From: a virus
Lineage: Duplodnaviria; Caudoviricetes
IMG/VR virus record: IMGVR_UViG_3300031977_001254
Location: 1 to 57,097 of that record
Length of the DNA: 57,097 nt
Direction: 5' to 3' (one strand)
Shown in pieces: positions 1-9,528 of this stretch (position 1 is the stretch's first letter; each line of letters opens with the position of its first letter). The translations under genes were made by a program, and so were the position numbers. The notes beneath the pieces are model-generated. The model saw nothing but the letters and a program-made list of their open reading frames with translations. It ran no database searches and had not been told where the DNA came from.

Positions 1-1062
1 AAAGAATGGCAGTATCCAAAGTCTGTTGGTCTCGTTTATACTACAGTCACCAAGTTCTTAGGTTTACGTCCATTAGAAGATGAATACGTCGTTATGGGTC
101 TTTCTGCTTACCACGATACTTCGCCAGAATCTAAAGAGATATCTGATTGGTTGATTGCTTGGTGGGATGACCTAGAAGATTTAGCTCCTGAACTTGCTGA
201 AGGTATTCCTATCGGCGATATGGAAAAGTCTCAACGTGAACGGGATAGAATCCAGTTCCGTGAAAGATTGAGAGACCGAGTATTAGCCGTAGAAGATAAA
301 GTTGCTGCTCGTGCGGTTCAAGACTTTGCTGAATATGCGATTATGCAGATTATGACCGAAGCAGCCAAGTATGGTAAGAAGTTATGTTATTCTGGTGGTT
401 GTGCTCAGAACGTTGTAATCAACTCACGCTTGTTTGAATTGTTTGATGAAGTACATATTGCTTGCTCACCTACTGATGCTGGTTCTGGTTTAGGTACAGC
501 TGCTCGCTCTTGGGCAAAAGCTACTGGTAAAGATAAGCTTGATTGGTCACCATATTGTGGTTATAATATCGACCGAGAAATTGATGTTCAAGCTGTTGTT
601 GACCATTTGATGGAGCATAAAGTTTGTGGTATCGCTAACGGTAAAGCCGAGTTTGGTCCACGTGCGTTAGGGAATCGTTCCCTTATCGCTGATGTACGTT
701 ATGATGTAAAAGATACAGTCAACACAATTAAACGTCGCCAGAAGTATCGTCCGTTCGCTCCTGCTATACTAGAAGAACACGCACACGAATACTTTGAAGG
801 TCCGATGAATGAACATATGCAGTTTACTTCTAAAGCGTTACACCCTTATTCATCGGTAACTCACGTTGATGGTACAGCACGTGTTCAGATAGTTAAGAAA
901 GATTGTGAGTCAGTATTCCGTAAGATTATCGAGGAATACTACAAGCGAACAGGAATTCCTATGCTACTAAATACCAGTCTAAACATACGTGGTCGCCCTA
1001 TGGTGAACGACGAACACGACGCTGAGTTGTGGGAACAAAAATACGGTGTGAAGGTATTCTAA
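1..1062 (+). CDS. Carbamoyltransferase (NodU/CmcH/TobZ family), 5' truncated by window edge
   Basis: Frame open from base 1 (KEWQYPKSVGLVY...EDEYVVMGLSAY); motifs SGGCAQNV, DAGSGLG, EFGPRALGNRS, RPFAP, HVDGTARVQ, LLNTSLN. Confidence 0.9.
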   Translation, partial: KEWQYPKSVGLVYTTVTKFLGLRPLEDEYVVMGLSAYHDTSPESKEISDWLIAWWDDLEDLAPELAEGIPIGDMEKSQRERDRIQFRERLRDRVLAVEDKVAARAVQDFAEYAIMQIMTEAAKYGKKLCYSGGCAQNVVINSRLFELFDEVHIACSPTDAGSGLGTAARSWAKATGKDKLDWSPYCGYNIDREIDVQAVVDHLMEHKVCGIANGKAEFGPRALGNRSLIADVRYDVKDTVNTIKRRQKYRPFAPAILEEHAHEYFEGPMNEHMQFTSKALHPYSSVTHVDGTARVQIVKKDCESVFRKIIEEYYKRTGIPMLLNTSLNIRGRPMVNDEHDAELWEQKYGVKVF

Positions 1063-1063
1063 A

Positions 1064-1228
1064 ATGAGTCATCTGAAGGAAATTGATTTGAGCTACTTAG
1101 AGCATCTAAGACGTGCTTGGACAATCTCCTTCGTCTCCTTTGTCCATGGAGTACTACCATGGGTTTGGGAAACCAAGACAAAAGAATTGGTTAATGGTGA
1201 TCCAAAAGACTTTAAGGTGAAGAAATGA
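1064..1228 (+). CDS. Small protein, DUF6356-like (54 aa, not in ORF track)
   Basis: Hand translation MSHLKEIDLSYLEHLRRAWTISFVSFVHGVLPWVWETK...; ATG 1 nt after upstream stop, ATGA overlap with next gene. Confidence 0.65.
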   Translation: MSHLKEIDLSYLEHLRRAWTISFVSFVHGVLPWVWETKTKELVNGDPKDFKVKK

Positions 1229-1551
1229 CTGAAGAAGTGCAAGCAGTAAAACGTAAAGTAGAACTTGAATTAGAGTTTGATACTACACAGAAAGAACAAC
1301 TAGAAAATAGATTTCAAGTTATGTTGGAATTGGCAGAAGCGGTCGATGCGTGGCGTATCTTCCCTCGTGCCTTTATTACAGTCTATATTGTATTATTATA
1401 TCAAACTGTAAATTGGTTTATGACATTAGCTGAACCTAATACAGCACAGGCTGGATTAATATCTGTTGTGGTAGGTGCTGGTGCTGCTTGGTTTGGCTTA
1501 TATGCGAATACAGGTTCTGGAAGACAACTAAAAAAACTCACTAAAGGTTAA
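1225..1551 (+). CDS. Hypothetical membrane protein (2 TM)
   Basis: Two hydrophobic segments after WRIFPR; tight operon packing. Confidence 0.7.
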   Translation: MTEEVQAVKRKVELELEFDTTQKEQLENRFQVMLELAEAVDAWRIFPRAFITVYIVLLYQTVNWFMTLAEPNTAQAGLISVVVGAGAAWFGLYANTGSGRQLKKLTKG

Positions 1552-1552
1552 C

Positions 1553-2428
1553 ATGAACAGAGAAAAGGTGAGTTGGCGTGGCACTCCTGGAGTCGGCGAC
1601 TTCATGTGGGCACTTAACTCTTGTTATACTTATGCAATGAAACAAGATGTATATGTAGAGCTAGAAATGCATTGGGAACATTCAGAAGATTATTATCATC
1701 ATTTTGAAGACCCAGAAACTATAATTGAACGTATGGAATACGTCCATAACTTCTACGTGAATAAAGAACGAGTAGAAGTAAGTCATGTTTTCAATTCAAC
1801 TGGAAGATACACAGACTGGAAATATGATGACGATGTTGTGCTAGAAGCAGATGGAAATAAACGTGTATCAGCTCGCTCAGGAAACAAACCAAAGAATCGG
1901 TTCTGGTTTGAATCTGGAGCATATGATGATTTAGATGGGACACCAGTTCCTAATAATCATGGGATATTCAGAGAAAGCGCTTTTCAACCAACAGCTAGGA
2001 AGCGTATCGTAATATGGACCCCTAATCAAAACGCAGAAGCACCAAGGACATGGAAAAGAATGTTTACCTTCCGTGATTGGAGAATGTTGATTAATGAGCT
2101 AAAAGATAAAGGATTTGAAGTTCACGAAATATCTTATCGCACCCCGATACGTGAAGCAATGTATTTAATCTCAACAGCTCGTATGTGTATCTGTTATGAT
2201 GGGATGTGGCACTATATGGCAAAAAACTTTGCCCGTCCTATGGCTGTGATTAGCCCAGAAGGAGTTACTATATATCATACTCCAAATGCTTTAAGGTGTC
2301 ATCCATTAGATACTGAGGAATTGAATATCTGGTGGTGGATGGATCACTTTAAAGACTTTTTAGGGCACAGTAAAATAAAAGCAATGAAATACGAAAAAAC
2401 TATGAGAGAACTTTATGGAACTGACTAG
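1553..2428 (+). CDS. Putative glycosyltransferase (GT-B/GT9-like)
   Basis: N-terminal GVGDFMW and C-terminal CICYDGMWHY..KNF..P resemble GT-B motifs; glycan-gene context. Confidence 0.5.
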   Translation: MNREKVSWRGTPGVGDFMWALNSCYTYAMKQDVYVELEMHWEHSEDYYHHFEDPETIIERMEYVHNFYVNKERVEVSHVFNSTGRYTDWKYDDDVVLEADGNKRVSARSGNKPKNRFWFESGAYDDLDGTPVPNNHGIFRESAFQPTARKRIVIWTPNQNAEAPRTWKRMFTFRDWRMLINELKDKGFEVHEISYRTPIREAMYLISTARMCICYDGMWHYMAKNFARPMAVISPEGVTIYHTPNALRCHPLDTEELNIWWWMDHFKDFLGHSKIKAMKYEKTMRELYGTD

Positions 2429-3407
2429 AGAAACATTTCACATTGATCGAGCAGTAATTGAAGTTGCGGGTGGATGTAACTATTCTTGCTCTATGTGTCC
2501 ACAGGACCTTAGAGAAGGCGGTCGCGATAAGCGATTCCGTCGTATTATGAAGCTAGATGAATTTGAGAAATACGTAGCAGATTGTGCTCAGCATGGTTTA
2601 CGAGTAGTAAACTTAGATGGCTCAGGTGAAGCTACTATGGCAAAGAACTTACCTGAGTATATCAAAGTCGTTAAGAAGTATGGCGCTCAGGCTATCATCT
2701 TCTCTAACGGGTTTAAGATGGAAGGTCAATATATGAAGGACTGCGTCGATGCTGGCTTAGACTTTTATAGATTCTCTTTCATCGGATCTACTGGTGAAGA
2801 TTATACGAAGTGGATGTATAACAGCATCGGAGGAGCTTATGAAAAAATCAAACAGAACATCAAGGATATGGTGGCATACGTCGAGGAGAGCGGAGCGGAT
2901 TGCACGGTTGCGACATATCACCTCATTACGGACAACGAGAAGATTGAACAAGAACTAGAGCAATACAAAGCGCTAGTTAATGAGCTTGGTGTTAAGACTG
3001 AGATCTGGAAAATGCATAACTGGTCTGGCGTCTATGATATTGGCGATAACGCTCGTACAGGTAACACTAAGACGTGTGGACGTCCGTTCTCTCCTGACCT
3101 AGTAATACGTGCTGGTGGTATGGAAAAGGGTAAGACAGGCGCTGTACACCCTTGCTGTCAGGTGCTAGGTCAAGACGAGAATGCAGTACTAGGTCACGCA
3201 TCTGAAGAATCAGTTATTGATATCTTCTTTGGTGAAGAGTATGAAGCGTTACGTGAAGGTCATCGTACAGGAAACTATCCTGACTATTGTAAGACTTGTG
3301 ACTTCTTGATTGATGATCCTGAGACGTTAGTCTACAGCAATCATGATCGAGACTTACACAAGATGATGGGAACTAACTTCTCACTTGATGACTTTAGACC
3401 TGACTGA
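2415..3407 (+). CDS. Radical SAM protein with C-terminal SPASM/twitch domain
   Basis: CNYSCSMC (CxxxCxxC), GSGEA, FSNG; C-terminal CGRPF...PCC...CKTC. Confidence 0.9.
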   Translation: MELTRETFHIDRAVIEVAGGCNYSCSMCPQDLREGGRDKRFRRIMKLDEFEKYVADCAQHGLRVVNLDGSGEATMAKNLPEYIKVVKKYGAQAIIFSNGFKMEGQYMKDCVDAGLDFYRFSFIGSTGEDYTKWMYNSIGGAYEKIKQNIKDMVAYVEESGADCTVATYHLITDNEKIEQELEQYKALVNELGVKTEIWKMHNWSGVYDIGDNARTGNTKTCGRPFSPDLVIRAGGMEKGKTGAVHPCCQVLGQDENAVLGHASEESVIDIFFGEEYEALREGHRTGNYPDYCKTCDFLIDDPETLVYSNHDRDLHKMMGTNFSLDDFRPD

Positions 3408-3424
3408 TTAAAATACTACGTAAT

Positions 3425-3451
3425 AAAGGCAGACTTGGTTCTGCCTTTTTT
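3425..3451 (+). terminator. Rho-independent terminator
   Basis: AAAGGCAGA-cttggt-TCTGCCTTT followed by T run. Confidence 0.8.
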
Positions 3452-3501
3452 ATGTCTAAGAGTTTCCCTATATAAAGTACAAATTAATTATAGGATGAAC
3501 G

Positions 3502-3768
3502 ATGAAAGTTTTACATAATAATGTACTCGTGACGCAAGATACTCAAAAGGAAACCACTACAGCAAGTGGACTTATTATCTCTGGAGCAAAACCAACTGGA
3601 CATAAACCTGCAAAGGTGATTGGTATGAGCATGGAAGTTGCTCAGATAGGCACACTCTCTGCAGGGAATACCGTTATATTTGATTGGGGTAATGCCATTG
3701 CAGTTGAGCTTGACGGCGTACAATGCGCTGTAATAGACTATGACGAGATAAAGCTTATACTAGATTGA
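3502..3768 (+). CDS. groES: GroES-like co-chaperonin
   Basis: MKVLHNNVLV...ETTTASGLII mobile-loop motif, 88 aa. Confidence 0.8.
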   Translation: MKVLHNNVLVTQDTQKETTTASGLIISGAKPTGHKPAKVIGMSMEVAQIGTLSAGNTVIFDWGNAIAVELDGVQCAVIDYDEIKLILD

Positions 3769-3769
3769 T

Positions 3770-4423
3770 ATGAAGTATTTTGTAATTACTATACCACACC
3801 ACAAAGGTTCGCGAGAGAATGCCGAACGGTGTATTGAATCAGGCAAACGTTATGGCATTGACATACAAACGTTTGATGCTATTACTCCAGAGACCCATGA
3901 CGTAGAAGGCATATTCAGACAACAAGGTATTTCTACCAGTAATTTCTCTACGAAGTATTCTAGGTGGGAAAATGTGTTGGCGTGTTTCTTATCGCACTAC
4001 ACGTTATGGATGTCATGCGTTAATAATAAAACAGAAGCATACACTATATTTGAACATGACGCTGTCATAAATTCACCTCTCCCATCTAAACCACCTATGT
4101 TTGTTGGCACGTTTGGAAAACCTTCATATGGTAAGTATATTACTCCATCACATTTAGGTTGGGATAGTCTAACATCTAAACCATACTTCCCTGGAGCGCA
4201 TGCATACACAGTTACAACAATGGGTGCTAAGATGCTAGTGGAAGCAGCAAAAGAAGAGGCATGCACGCCAGACCTCTTTCTTAACCGACGTAGATTTCCA
4301 TGGCTGCAGGAATTTTATCCATGGTGTGCGTATGTAGATGATTCGTTTAGTACAATCCAGAAAGTAGAAGGATGTTTGGCAAAACATAACTTTAGTTCAG
4401 AATTTGAATATTTGGAGCAATAA
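3770..4423 (+). CDS. Glycosyltransferase family 25
   Basis: YFVIT, FDAI, ACFLSHYTLW, IFEHDA, GAHAY.V...GAKML motifs. Confidence 0.8.
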   Translation: MKYFVITIPHHKGSRENAERCIESGKRYGIDIQTFDAITPETHDVEGIFRQQGISTSNFSTKYSRWENVLACFLSHYTLWMSCVNNKTEAYTIFEHDAVINSPLPSKPPMFVGTFGKPSYGKYITPSHLGWDSLTSKPYFPGAHAYTVTTMGAKMLVEAAKEEACTPDLFLNRRRFPWLQEFYPWCAYVDDSFSTIQKVEGCLAKHNFSSEFEYLEQ

Positions 4424-5100
4424 TGGTTAATGTAGTATGTGTATTCTCTGGTACAAAATTCAGCAAGGATTATGTTTATAATCTAAAGAATGCGGTTGAA
4501 CGTAATACAACAGTCCCACACAGATTCATCTGTCTATCAGATTTAAACACTGAATTACCTGGAATTGATACAATGCAATTAAAGCCTGGATATTCTGGTT
4601 GGTGGAACAAAATACAATTGTTTGATGGTAGATTGAAAGGGCAGGTTGTCTACCTTGATCTTGATACTCTGATTACAGGTAACATAGACTGGTTACTAAA
4701 TCACAGAGGATTCTTCGCAGGCATTGAAGACCTAGGAGCAATCAACTCTCATCAACCATGGCTCAAAGGTAGATTACAAAGTGGCATTTTATCTTTTAAC
4801 GCAGACCAATTTGGTTGGGTTTGGACAGACTTCATATTATCAATATCAAGTGTTATGAAAACACACAGAGGTGATGGTGAATATCTCAACTCTCTAATCA
4901 CTAAAAGAGAGTTGCTTCAAAATATATATCCGGACGCTATAAAATCTTATAAGTACCAAGTATATCCTGACAATATTGGGAATGCGTCTATCGTGTGTTT
5001 TCACGGCAGACCAAGCATCATTCAATCAATGTCAGAAACGATTACAACACCCAAAGCTGTATATGAACCTCAGCTTTGGGTTAAAGAATATTGGAAATAG
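4423..5100 (+). CDS. GT-A fold glycosyltransferase
   Basis: WWNKIQLF, DxD motif YLDLD, SGI, GD, VCFHGRP. Confidence 0.75.
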   Translation: MVNVVCVFSGTKFSKDYVYNLKNAVERNTTVPHRFICLSDLNTELPGIDTMQLKPGYSGWWNKIQLFDGRLKGQVVYLDLDTLITGNIDWLLNHRGFFAGIEDLGAINSHQPWLKGRLQSGILSFNADQFGWVWTDFILSISSVMKTHRGDGEYLNSLITKRELLQNIYPDAIKSYKYQVYPDNIGNASIVCFHGRPSIIQSMSETITTPKAVYEPQLWVKEYWK

Positions 5101-5109
5101 GAGTAAATT

Positions 5110-5577
5110 ATGATCAGTGGATTAATTGGTTCTTTGCTTGGGTTCGGTTCTTCCGTTGTCCCAGCAATAACAGACCACTTCAAATCAAAGCGACAATATG
5201 AATTTGAGTTGGCCAAGATGGATAAAGTTGCTGAGTTAACAGCAAAAGGTTATGACCAAGAAATTAAACGATTCCAAGAAATGGGATTACACGAAGAACA
5301 ACAAGCGTTATTGCGACACGATACTGCTATCTCTGAAGGAACTGGCTTTATGTCAGCACTACAGAAGTCAGTACGACCAGTAATAACATACGCATTCTTT
5401 ATTCTATTTGCCACAATAGAGTTAATGCTATTAAGAGAAGCATTAAATGGTGGTATGGAATTAACTGATGCATTATTAATATTGTGGGATGAGGACACAG
5501 AAGCAATCTTTGCTGCGGTAGTATCATTCTGGTTTGGTTCACGAGCTATAGAAAAGGCTAGAGGAAGAACATTATGA
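5110..5577 (+). CDS. Holin-like protein (3TM/GTA-holin type)
   Basis: SVRPVITY...hydrophobic helices...FWFGSR signature; AGGAG SD. Confidence 0.6.
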   Translation: MISGLIGSLLGFGSSVVPAITDHFKSKRQYEFELAKMDKVAELTAKGYDQEIKRFQEMGLHEEQQALLRHDTAISEGTGFMSALQKSVRPVITYAFFILFATIELMLLREALNGGMELTDALLILWDEDTEAIFAAVVSFWFGSRAIEKARGRTL

Positions 5578-5774
5578 GAGAACAAATTTTAGAAACACTT
5601 AGGTCTCATGCGGTTGGTAAAATCAATAAGCATAAGATGAACGTTGAAATATACTTAGCTAATCCAGTAGGTATTGGCGAGCATTCAGACTTAATGGAAT
5701 CAATTGAAGTTGAATTGAAAGCTATTTCTGAGTATGAAGACCAGCTTGAAGTGTTATCAAAGTATTTCGGTTAG
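5574..5774 (+). CDS. Hypothetical protein
   Basis: ATGA overlap with previous gene; 66 aa. Confidence 0.7.
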   Translation: MREQILETLRSHAVGKINKHKMNVEIYLANPVGIGEHSDLMESIEVELKAISEYEDQLEVLSKYFG

Positions 5775-5778
5775 TAAG

Positions 5779-6120
5779 ATGTATGAATATAATTGTAAAG
5801 TTCTTAGAGTCGTTGACGGTGATACTGTCGACGTTGATATTGACCTTGGCTTTTCTGTTGTCCTTCGTAATCAGCGTATTCGTTTACTTGGCATTGATGC
5901 TCCTGAGTCTCGTACTCGTGACCTTGAAGAAAAGAAGTTGGGTAAAAACGCCACCAGATTCCTTGAGGGCATCTTGGGAGAAACATGTATCCTCAGAACA
6001 ACGCTTGACAAAAAGGGAAAATACGGACGAATCTTAGGGACGTTGTATGACAATCCTTATGATATCAGTATTAATGAACAGATGGTCCAAGCAGGACACG
6101 CAACGTGGTATGAGTCATGA
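5779..6120 (+). CDS. Thermonuclease (SNase-like)
   Basis: RVVDGDT, RIRLLGIDAPE, KYGRIL, INEQMVQAGHA; start placed at ATG 5779. Confidence 0.9.
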   Translation: MYEYNCKVLRVVDGDTVDVDIDLGFSVVLRNQRIRLLGIDAPESRTRDLEEKKLGKNATRFLEGILGETCILRTTLDKKGKYGRILGTLYDNPYDISINEQMVQAGHATWYES

Positions 6121-6464
6121 AAAAGATATTAGCTATAGCCATAGTTCTACTTACTATAAGTTGTACAGACGCAGATAAAAGTACTGGTATAGAAGGCACT
6201 CATGATGTAAGTTCTGATGCATTTACAATAGTAGTACACGTATTTGATACTAAAAATGAAATGTGGAAAAGACTTAAAGAAGAAGGACTAGACCGAAGAA
6301 AGGTTGAAGGTAAAGCAGCATGGACTATTTCCAGAGATATGTCACAGCTTTATGGTTGCGATATATATGTGACAAAGCCAAAAACTGTAAATGACAGTAA
6401 CACAATGGAGACTTGGGGGCATGAGTTAGCCCATTGTGTATACGGAACATATCACCCTGAGTAG
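6117..6464 (+). CDS. Putative lipoprotein with HExxH metallopeptidase motif
   Basis: Signal peptide MKKILAIAIVLLTIS-C (lipobox-like); GHELAHC. Confidence 0.6.
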   Translation: MKKILAIAIVLLTISCTDADKSTGIEGTHDVSSDAFTIVVHVFDTKNEMWKRLKEEGLDRRKVEGKAAWTISRDMSQLYGCDIYVTKPKTVNDSNTMETWGHELAHCVYGTYHPE

Positions 6465-6471
6465 GAAATTT

Positions 6472-7119
6472 ATGAGAGTTAATGTATTAGGAAACGGAGA
6501 TCACTGGAAGCTTTATAAGCGAGGAACGGAAGGGAAGCTATTAGTATGCAACGCGCCACCAATATCGCTTGATTCGTCAGAAGTCTATGCTACTTGTATG
6601 GTAGACTTTAAAATGATGAAAGCTTTACAAGAAGGTAAAAGCGATCTTGGTAAGTATGATTGGGTTCTCGGCACGCGCCCACGTAAGTGGATGGAAATGC
6701 AGCCGACATTCTATTTGAAGTATTCGCAGAACATTAAGGGATTTCATAAACACGTTCCGACGTATGCTCAGCTTCCAGGACACACTTTAGCTCAAGCAGC
6801 GACTAACTATTCTTGTGGTCATATGGCGGTAGACTATGCTTGTCGTACTATGAAAGCTACAGAGGTTCACTTGTATGGCTTCGATTCTATGTTTGATATG
6901 AATCTTAAAAGTCATACAGATAACTTTTTACAGAGTGACCGAAGCGCATTAAACACGCATCGTATGGCAAGTAACTGGCGACCTATTTGGCACAAATTCT
7001 TCAGAGAGTTTGACAAAGTACAATTTTTCATATATCATAGTCACGATGGTTTGAAGTTCAAAGCACCTGATAATGTAACTGTTATTGTTGAGGAAATTAA
7101 GAGTGAAGAAAGTAATTGA
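6472..7119 (+). CDS. Sialyltransferase/MAF(DUF115)-like transferase fold protein
   Basis: VNVLGNG...CN...SCG..A...EVHLYGFD motif order; AGGA SD before ATG 6472. Confidence 0.55.
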   Translation: MRVNVLGNGDHWKLYKRGTEGKLLVCNAPPISLDSSEVYATCMVDFKMMKALQEGKSDLGKYDWVLGTRPRKWMEMQPTFYLKYSQNIKGFHKHVPTYAQLPGHTLAQAATNYSCGHMAVDYACRTMKATEVHLYGFDSMFDMNLKSHTDNFLQSDRSALNTHRMASNWRPIWHKFFREFDKVQFFIYHSHDGLKFKAPDNVTVIVEEIKSEESN

Positions 7120-7222
7120 TTTTGTTAAGCTAACCGCGATTGATTTTAAAACGTGTTGGGAGTATTATCCTAACGTTATAATCTGGATGGGTGTGGTAGC
7201 GATCATTGCATTAGCAATATAA
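7103..7222 (+). CDS. Small membrane protein (39 aa, GTG start)
   Basis: Hand translation ends in hydrophobic VIIWMGVVAIIALAI; GAGGA upstream. Confidence 0.4.
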   Translation: MKKVIDFVKLTAIDFKTCWEYYPNVIIWMGVVAIIALAI

Positions 7223-7255
7223 AAAAAGGGAGCGTTTAGCTCCCTTCTTGTTTTT
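7221..7255. terminator. Bidirectional terminator between convergent genes
   Basis: A7-GGGAGC-gttta-GCTCCCTT-T-rich tail. Confidence 0.8.
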
Positions 7256-8120
7256 AGTAGACGTTAAATATCCGCTTAAAGATATCTAATTCTTCTGGAC
7301 GTCCACCGTCCTCTTGGAAGTTTTCTTCCCACTGAGCACGTGTAGTCCAAACGATATCTGCATCAACAGAATTATCTTTTGGCTCACCGCCAACGAAACG
7401 ACCTTCATCTGGTACACCATACCATAGATCAATCATCTCGAACCCTTCTTTACAGAATGGTGCGAATACGTCACGAACTTCACCAGCACTAAAGTCTTGG
7501 CCATCATTCTTAGGTACACCCAAGAATACAACAGCGTCAAAACGTTCACCTTCTGGCATATCAATCTTAAGATCTTCTGCCGACATTCCATGACGGTATT
7601 GGCTAACTGTTTTTACCATTCCACTACGTAGACCATTAAGATCATATAATGAGTGCATTACACCACGGTGACGGTTAGCATCTGGTGATGTATAACAGAA
7701 CCCACCTTTATAGCCATACATTTTAGCTACAAGTGGTAAGAACTGAAACACAACGTGCATATCAGCAACCGTATCCAACTCAGCTCTTTCTGGCGGTAGA
7801 GCGTCAGGAAGGCGATCTGACTTAGTTGACATAATCCAACTTGTTTGATCTTGGTTAAAGTGACCCACGAAAAGAACACTTTGATGTCCACGGTTCTTAA
7901 TTGCATTAAGAAACATAGGCGCACGGTTAAGACCTTCCTCAATCGTGTTAACGTCAGGAGACGAATGCATTAAGCGAATGTTGTGGTTTGCTAACTCAGC
8001 GCCAAGTTGGCCATTGAGTTTACGAGCGACTTCTTCTTTCTCATGAGATTGGACGTATTGATAAACATGTCCTTCTGAAGTATCACGTAGGATTTTTTCA
8101 TTTAATAGGTTGAAAAACAT
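7254..8120 (-). CDS. Hypothetical protein (288 aa), late operon
   Basis: Long ORF downstream of minus-strand TATAAATA; no family recognised. Confidence 0.75.
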   Translation of the reverse strand: MFFNLLNEKILRDTSEGHVYQYVQSHEKEEVARKLNGQLGAELANHNIRLMHSSPDVNTIEEGLNRAPMFLNAIKNRGHQSVLFVGHFNQDQTSWIMSTKSDRLPDALPPERAELDTVADMHVVFQFLPLVAKMYGYKGGFCYTSPDANRHRGVMHSLYDLNGLRSGMVKTVSQYRHGMSAEDLKIDMPEGERFDAVVFLGVPKNDGQDFSAGEVRDVFAPFCKEGFEMIDLWYGVPDEGRFVGGEPKDNSVDADIVWTTRAQWEENFQEDGGRPEELDIFKRIFNVY

Positions 8121-8125
8121 TAGTG

Positions 8126-8380
8126 TTATTTCCCTTGGTAGATGTTAAGAATATATTCTTCAAATTCCTCGATCTTGTCTAAACGGTTTGGCCATAAGAT
8201 GTAATCCTTCTCAGGGTTACTCTTTAAGTTTGCTAGCAGTGGCTGTATAGCGTTGTAGAGATTATCGAGTCGGTCTTGGGTATCACTGGCTGCTGAAGTC
8301 AGTTGCTCAACCTGTTGTACAGATTCAAGCTCCTGTTCGTCTACAATCGTAAACCCAAAATCGAATAGTTCATTTTTCAT
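8126..8380 (-). CDS. Hypothetical protein
   Basis: 84 aa ORF directly after late promoter. Confidence 0.75.
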   Translation of the reverse strand: MKNELFDFGFTIVDEQELESVQQVEQLTSAASDTQDRLDNLYNAIQPLLANLKSNPEKDYILWPNRLDKIEEFEEYILNIYQGK

Positions 8381-8386
8381 ACATGT

Positions 8387-8394
8387 TATTTATA
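8387..8394 (-). promoter_or_regulatory. T4-type late promoter
   Basis: TATAAATA on minus strand 6 nt before ATG 8380. Confidence 0.7.
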
Positions 8395-8407
8395 TTAAAA
8401 ATAATTG

Positions 8408-8436
8408 TTGTCGAACCGCCAAACATAAGATATAAT
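8408..8436 (+). promoter_or_regulatory. Sigma70-like promoter
   Basis: TTGTCG-17 nt-TATAAT. Confidence 0.6.
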
Positions 8437-8475
8437 ATATTCTCTTCCCCAGTGGGAATACTATAGGATTATATT

Positions 8476-9039
8476 ATGAATATTTTTATGTTAGACGAAG
8501 ATCCAGTCACGGCTGCAGTATCTCAATGTGACAAACATGTAGTTAAAATGATTGTCGAATCTGCTCAAATGCTATCAACAGCACACCGTATGTTAGATGG
8601 CAGTATGGAAATTCGCTTATCTAAATCTGGTAAGAGAAATATAAAATACTACAACCACCCATATTTAGACAATGTTTTATATAAGGCTGTGCACCATGGA
8701 CATCCTTCTACTGTATGGACTATGGAGTCTCTAGACAATTATATATGGCATTACGAACACTTTGTTGCCCTGTGTGACGAGTATCAATACCGTTATGGCA
8801 AAAAACACTTGACGGACACTTTACTTAGGGATACACTAAGAACATATCCTAAAAACATACCTCAGATTGGATTTACTCCTATCAAGCTTGCGATGGGTAG
8901 TAATCCAGAGTGTATGTTTCCGGAAGATCCTGTTAAGTCATATCGTCTGTTCTATCAGACCAAGCAGGATCGGTTCAAGATGGTATGGTCTAAGCGTGAC
9001 GTGCCACATTGGTTTAATGTTTTGGAGAATGCAGCATGA
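8476..9039 (+). CDS. Pyrimidine-dimer DNA glycosylase (endonuclease V/DenV-related family)
   Basis: MNIF.LD...DKHVVKMIVESAQMLSTAH...H..HP..W...EY..RYGK.H. Confidence 0.7.
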   Translation: MNIFMLDEDPVTAAVSQCDKHVVKMIVESAQMLSTAHRMLDGSMEIRLSKSGKRNIKYYNHPYLDNVLYKAVHHGHPSTVWTMESLDNYIWHYEHFVALCDEYQYRYGKKHLTDTLLRDTLRTYPKNIPQIGFTPIKLAMGSNPECMFPEDPVKSYRLFYQTKQDRFKMVWSKRDVPHWFNVLENAA

Positions 9040-9347
9040 TACATGGTGATATGAGAACGTATTCTAATGGACGTAAAAAGAAATACAATGCATGGAGCAA
9101 GAAAAGTGATGAGTCTAAACAAAGTAAGAGACCTTTTGTTGAATATAAACCCAGTTCACAGGGATACCGTCGTGGCGATACTAGCCACATTCCTTCTTAT
9201 GTGGGGACTGGACATTCCTGTGGAAGGATTGATTCACCCGTTTATTCAGGGACGCTTGTAAAAGGCATCAGCACGATGCATAAGTCTAACGCTGTACCAA
9301 TCATTGATGAGCAGGAAGCTAAAGATCATGCGAGTATGCGCCGATGA
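9036..9347 (+). CDS. Small basic phage protein (HKSNAVP motif)
   Basis: ATGA overlap; C-terminal GISTMHKSNAVP motif recurrent in T4-like phages. Confidence 0.65.
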   Translation: MIHGDMRTYSNGRKKKYNAWSKKSDESKQSKRPFVEYKPSSQGYRRGDTSHIPSYVGTGHSCGRIDSPVYSGTLVKGISTMHKSNAVPIIDEQEAKDHASMRR

Positions 9348-9465
9348 TTTCTATATTCTATGCAATTGACTTTTGGTTGTATAAGTTGAATAGGAATCAG
9401 AGTAATCGTGATCTTGGCAGGCACCATTGCGTAGATGAAGATTTCTACAATAATTATTAAAAAGT

Positions 9466-9508
9466 TGTTGACTATTGTTTTCAATACAGGTATACTTCGT
9501 CTTGTAAA
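9466..9508 (+). promoter_or_regulatory. Early promoter cassette, copy 1 of a 43-bp direct repeat
   Basis: TTGACT-17 nt-TATACT; identical to 10098-10140. Confidence 0.85.
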
Positions 9509-9528
9509 CTGAATTAAGGAATTTTATT

